Origin: a virus
Taxonomy: Duplodnaviria > Caudoviricetes
Strand: one strand, 5' to 3'
DNA: 55,357 nt
IMG/VR virus record: IMGVR_UViG_3300030110_000758
Location: 1 to 55,357 of that record
Numbering within the stretch: the first letter of the stretch is position 1; each line of letters begins with the position of its first letter. A model generated the notes under the pieces. It ran no database searches, was not told the DNA's origin, and saw only the letters and a list, made by a program, of their open reading frames with translations. Below, piece after piece: positions 55,334 to 55,357 of the stretch. Both the position numbers and the translations under genes were made by a program.

Positions 55334-55357
55334 TGCCTTATGAAATAAAAGATGATG
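55261..55357. repeat. Terminal overlap, copy 2
   Basis: Identical to 5-101. Confidence 0.95.

Noticed and set aside
55261-55357. 97-bp end repeat as a biological direct terminal repeat
   Set aside because: It cuts through the endonuclease I / next gene junction in mid-operon; it is best explained as assembly overlap of a circular contig
1-55357. CRISPR array, tRNA/tmRNA genes, attP core, T7-like RNA polymerase, alternative genetic code
   Set aside because: No regularly spaced repeats, cloverleaf or RNAP motifs were seen by eye, and genes read through in the standard code; tRNAscan/ARAGORN and a host comparison would be needed to exclude tRNA fragments or attP

Overview
This window is an apparently complete, circularly permuted ~55.26 kb podovirus genome: bases 5-101 recur exactly at 55261-55357. 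It is of the marine HMO-2011 type, shown by a family A DNA polymerase with an inserted DnaJ-like CxxCxGxG pair, separate primase and DnaB helicase, class II RNR, ThyX, a tyrosine integrase and no phage RNA polymerase. Two arms diverge from a non-coding control region at ~38620-39610 and converge at a terminator at ~3221-3244. The + arm carries early, replication and nucleotide genes (39614-55333, continuing 77-3232). The - arm carries packaging, head, tail, ejection and lysis genes (38612 down to 3248). GAAC-N7-GAAC LexA boxes and RPxARP motifs point to an alphaproteobacterial host, probably Rhodobacteraceae (inference). The most interesting signals are non-coding or below the 60-aa ORF cut-off. 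(1) A minus-strand hairpin sRNA has a 27-nt loop complementary to the RBS and start codon of the helicase (22/25 nt) and to several early-gene RBSs. (2) Host LexA boxes sit at the head of the early arm of a phage that has an integrase but no obvious repressor. (3) A 48-aa ArfA-like ribosome-rescue peptide follows the primase. (4) Repeated CC/C(U)AC RNA internal loops occur in the scaffold and capsid leaders. (5) A ~300-nt structured RNA lies between two T7-like RNase III hairpins. All family calls come from motif recognition by eye; no database search was run.
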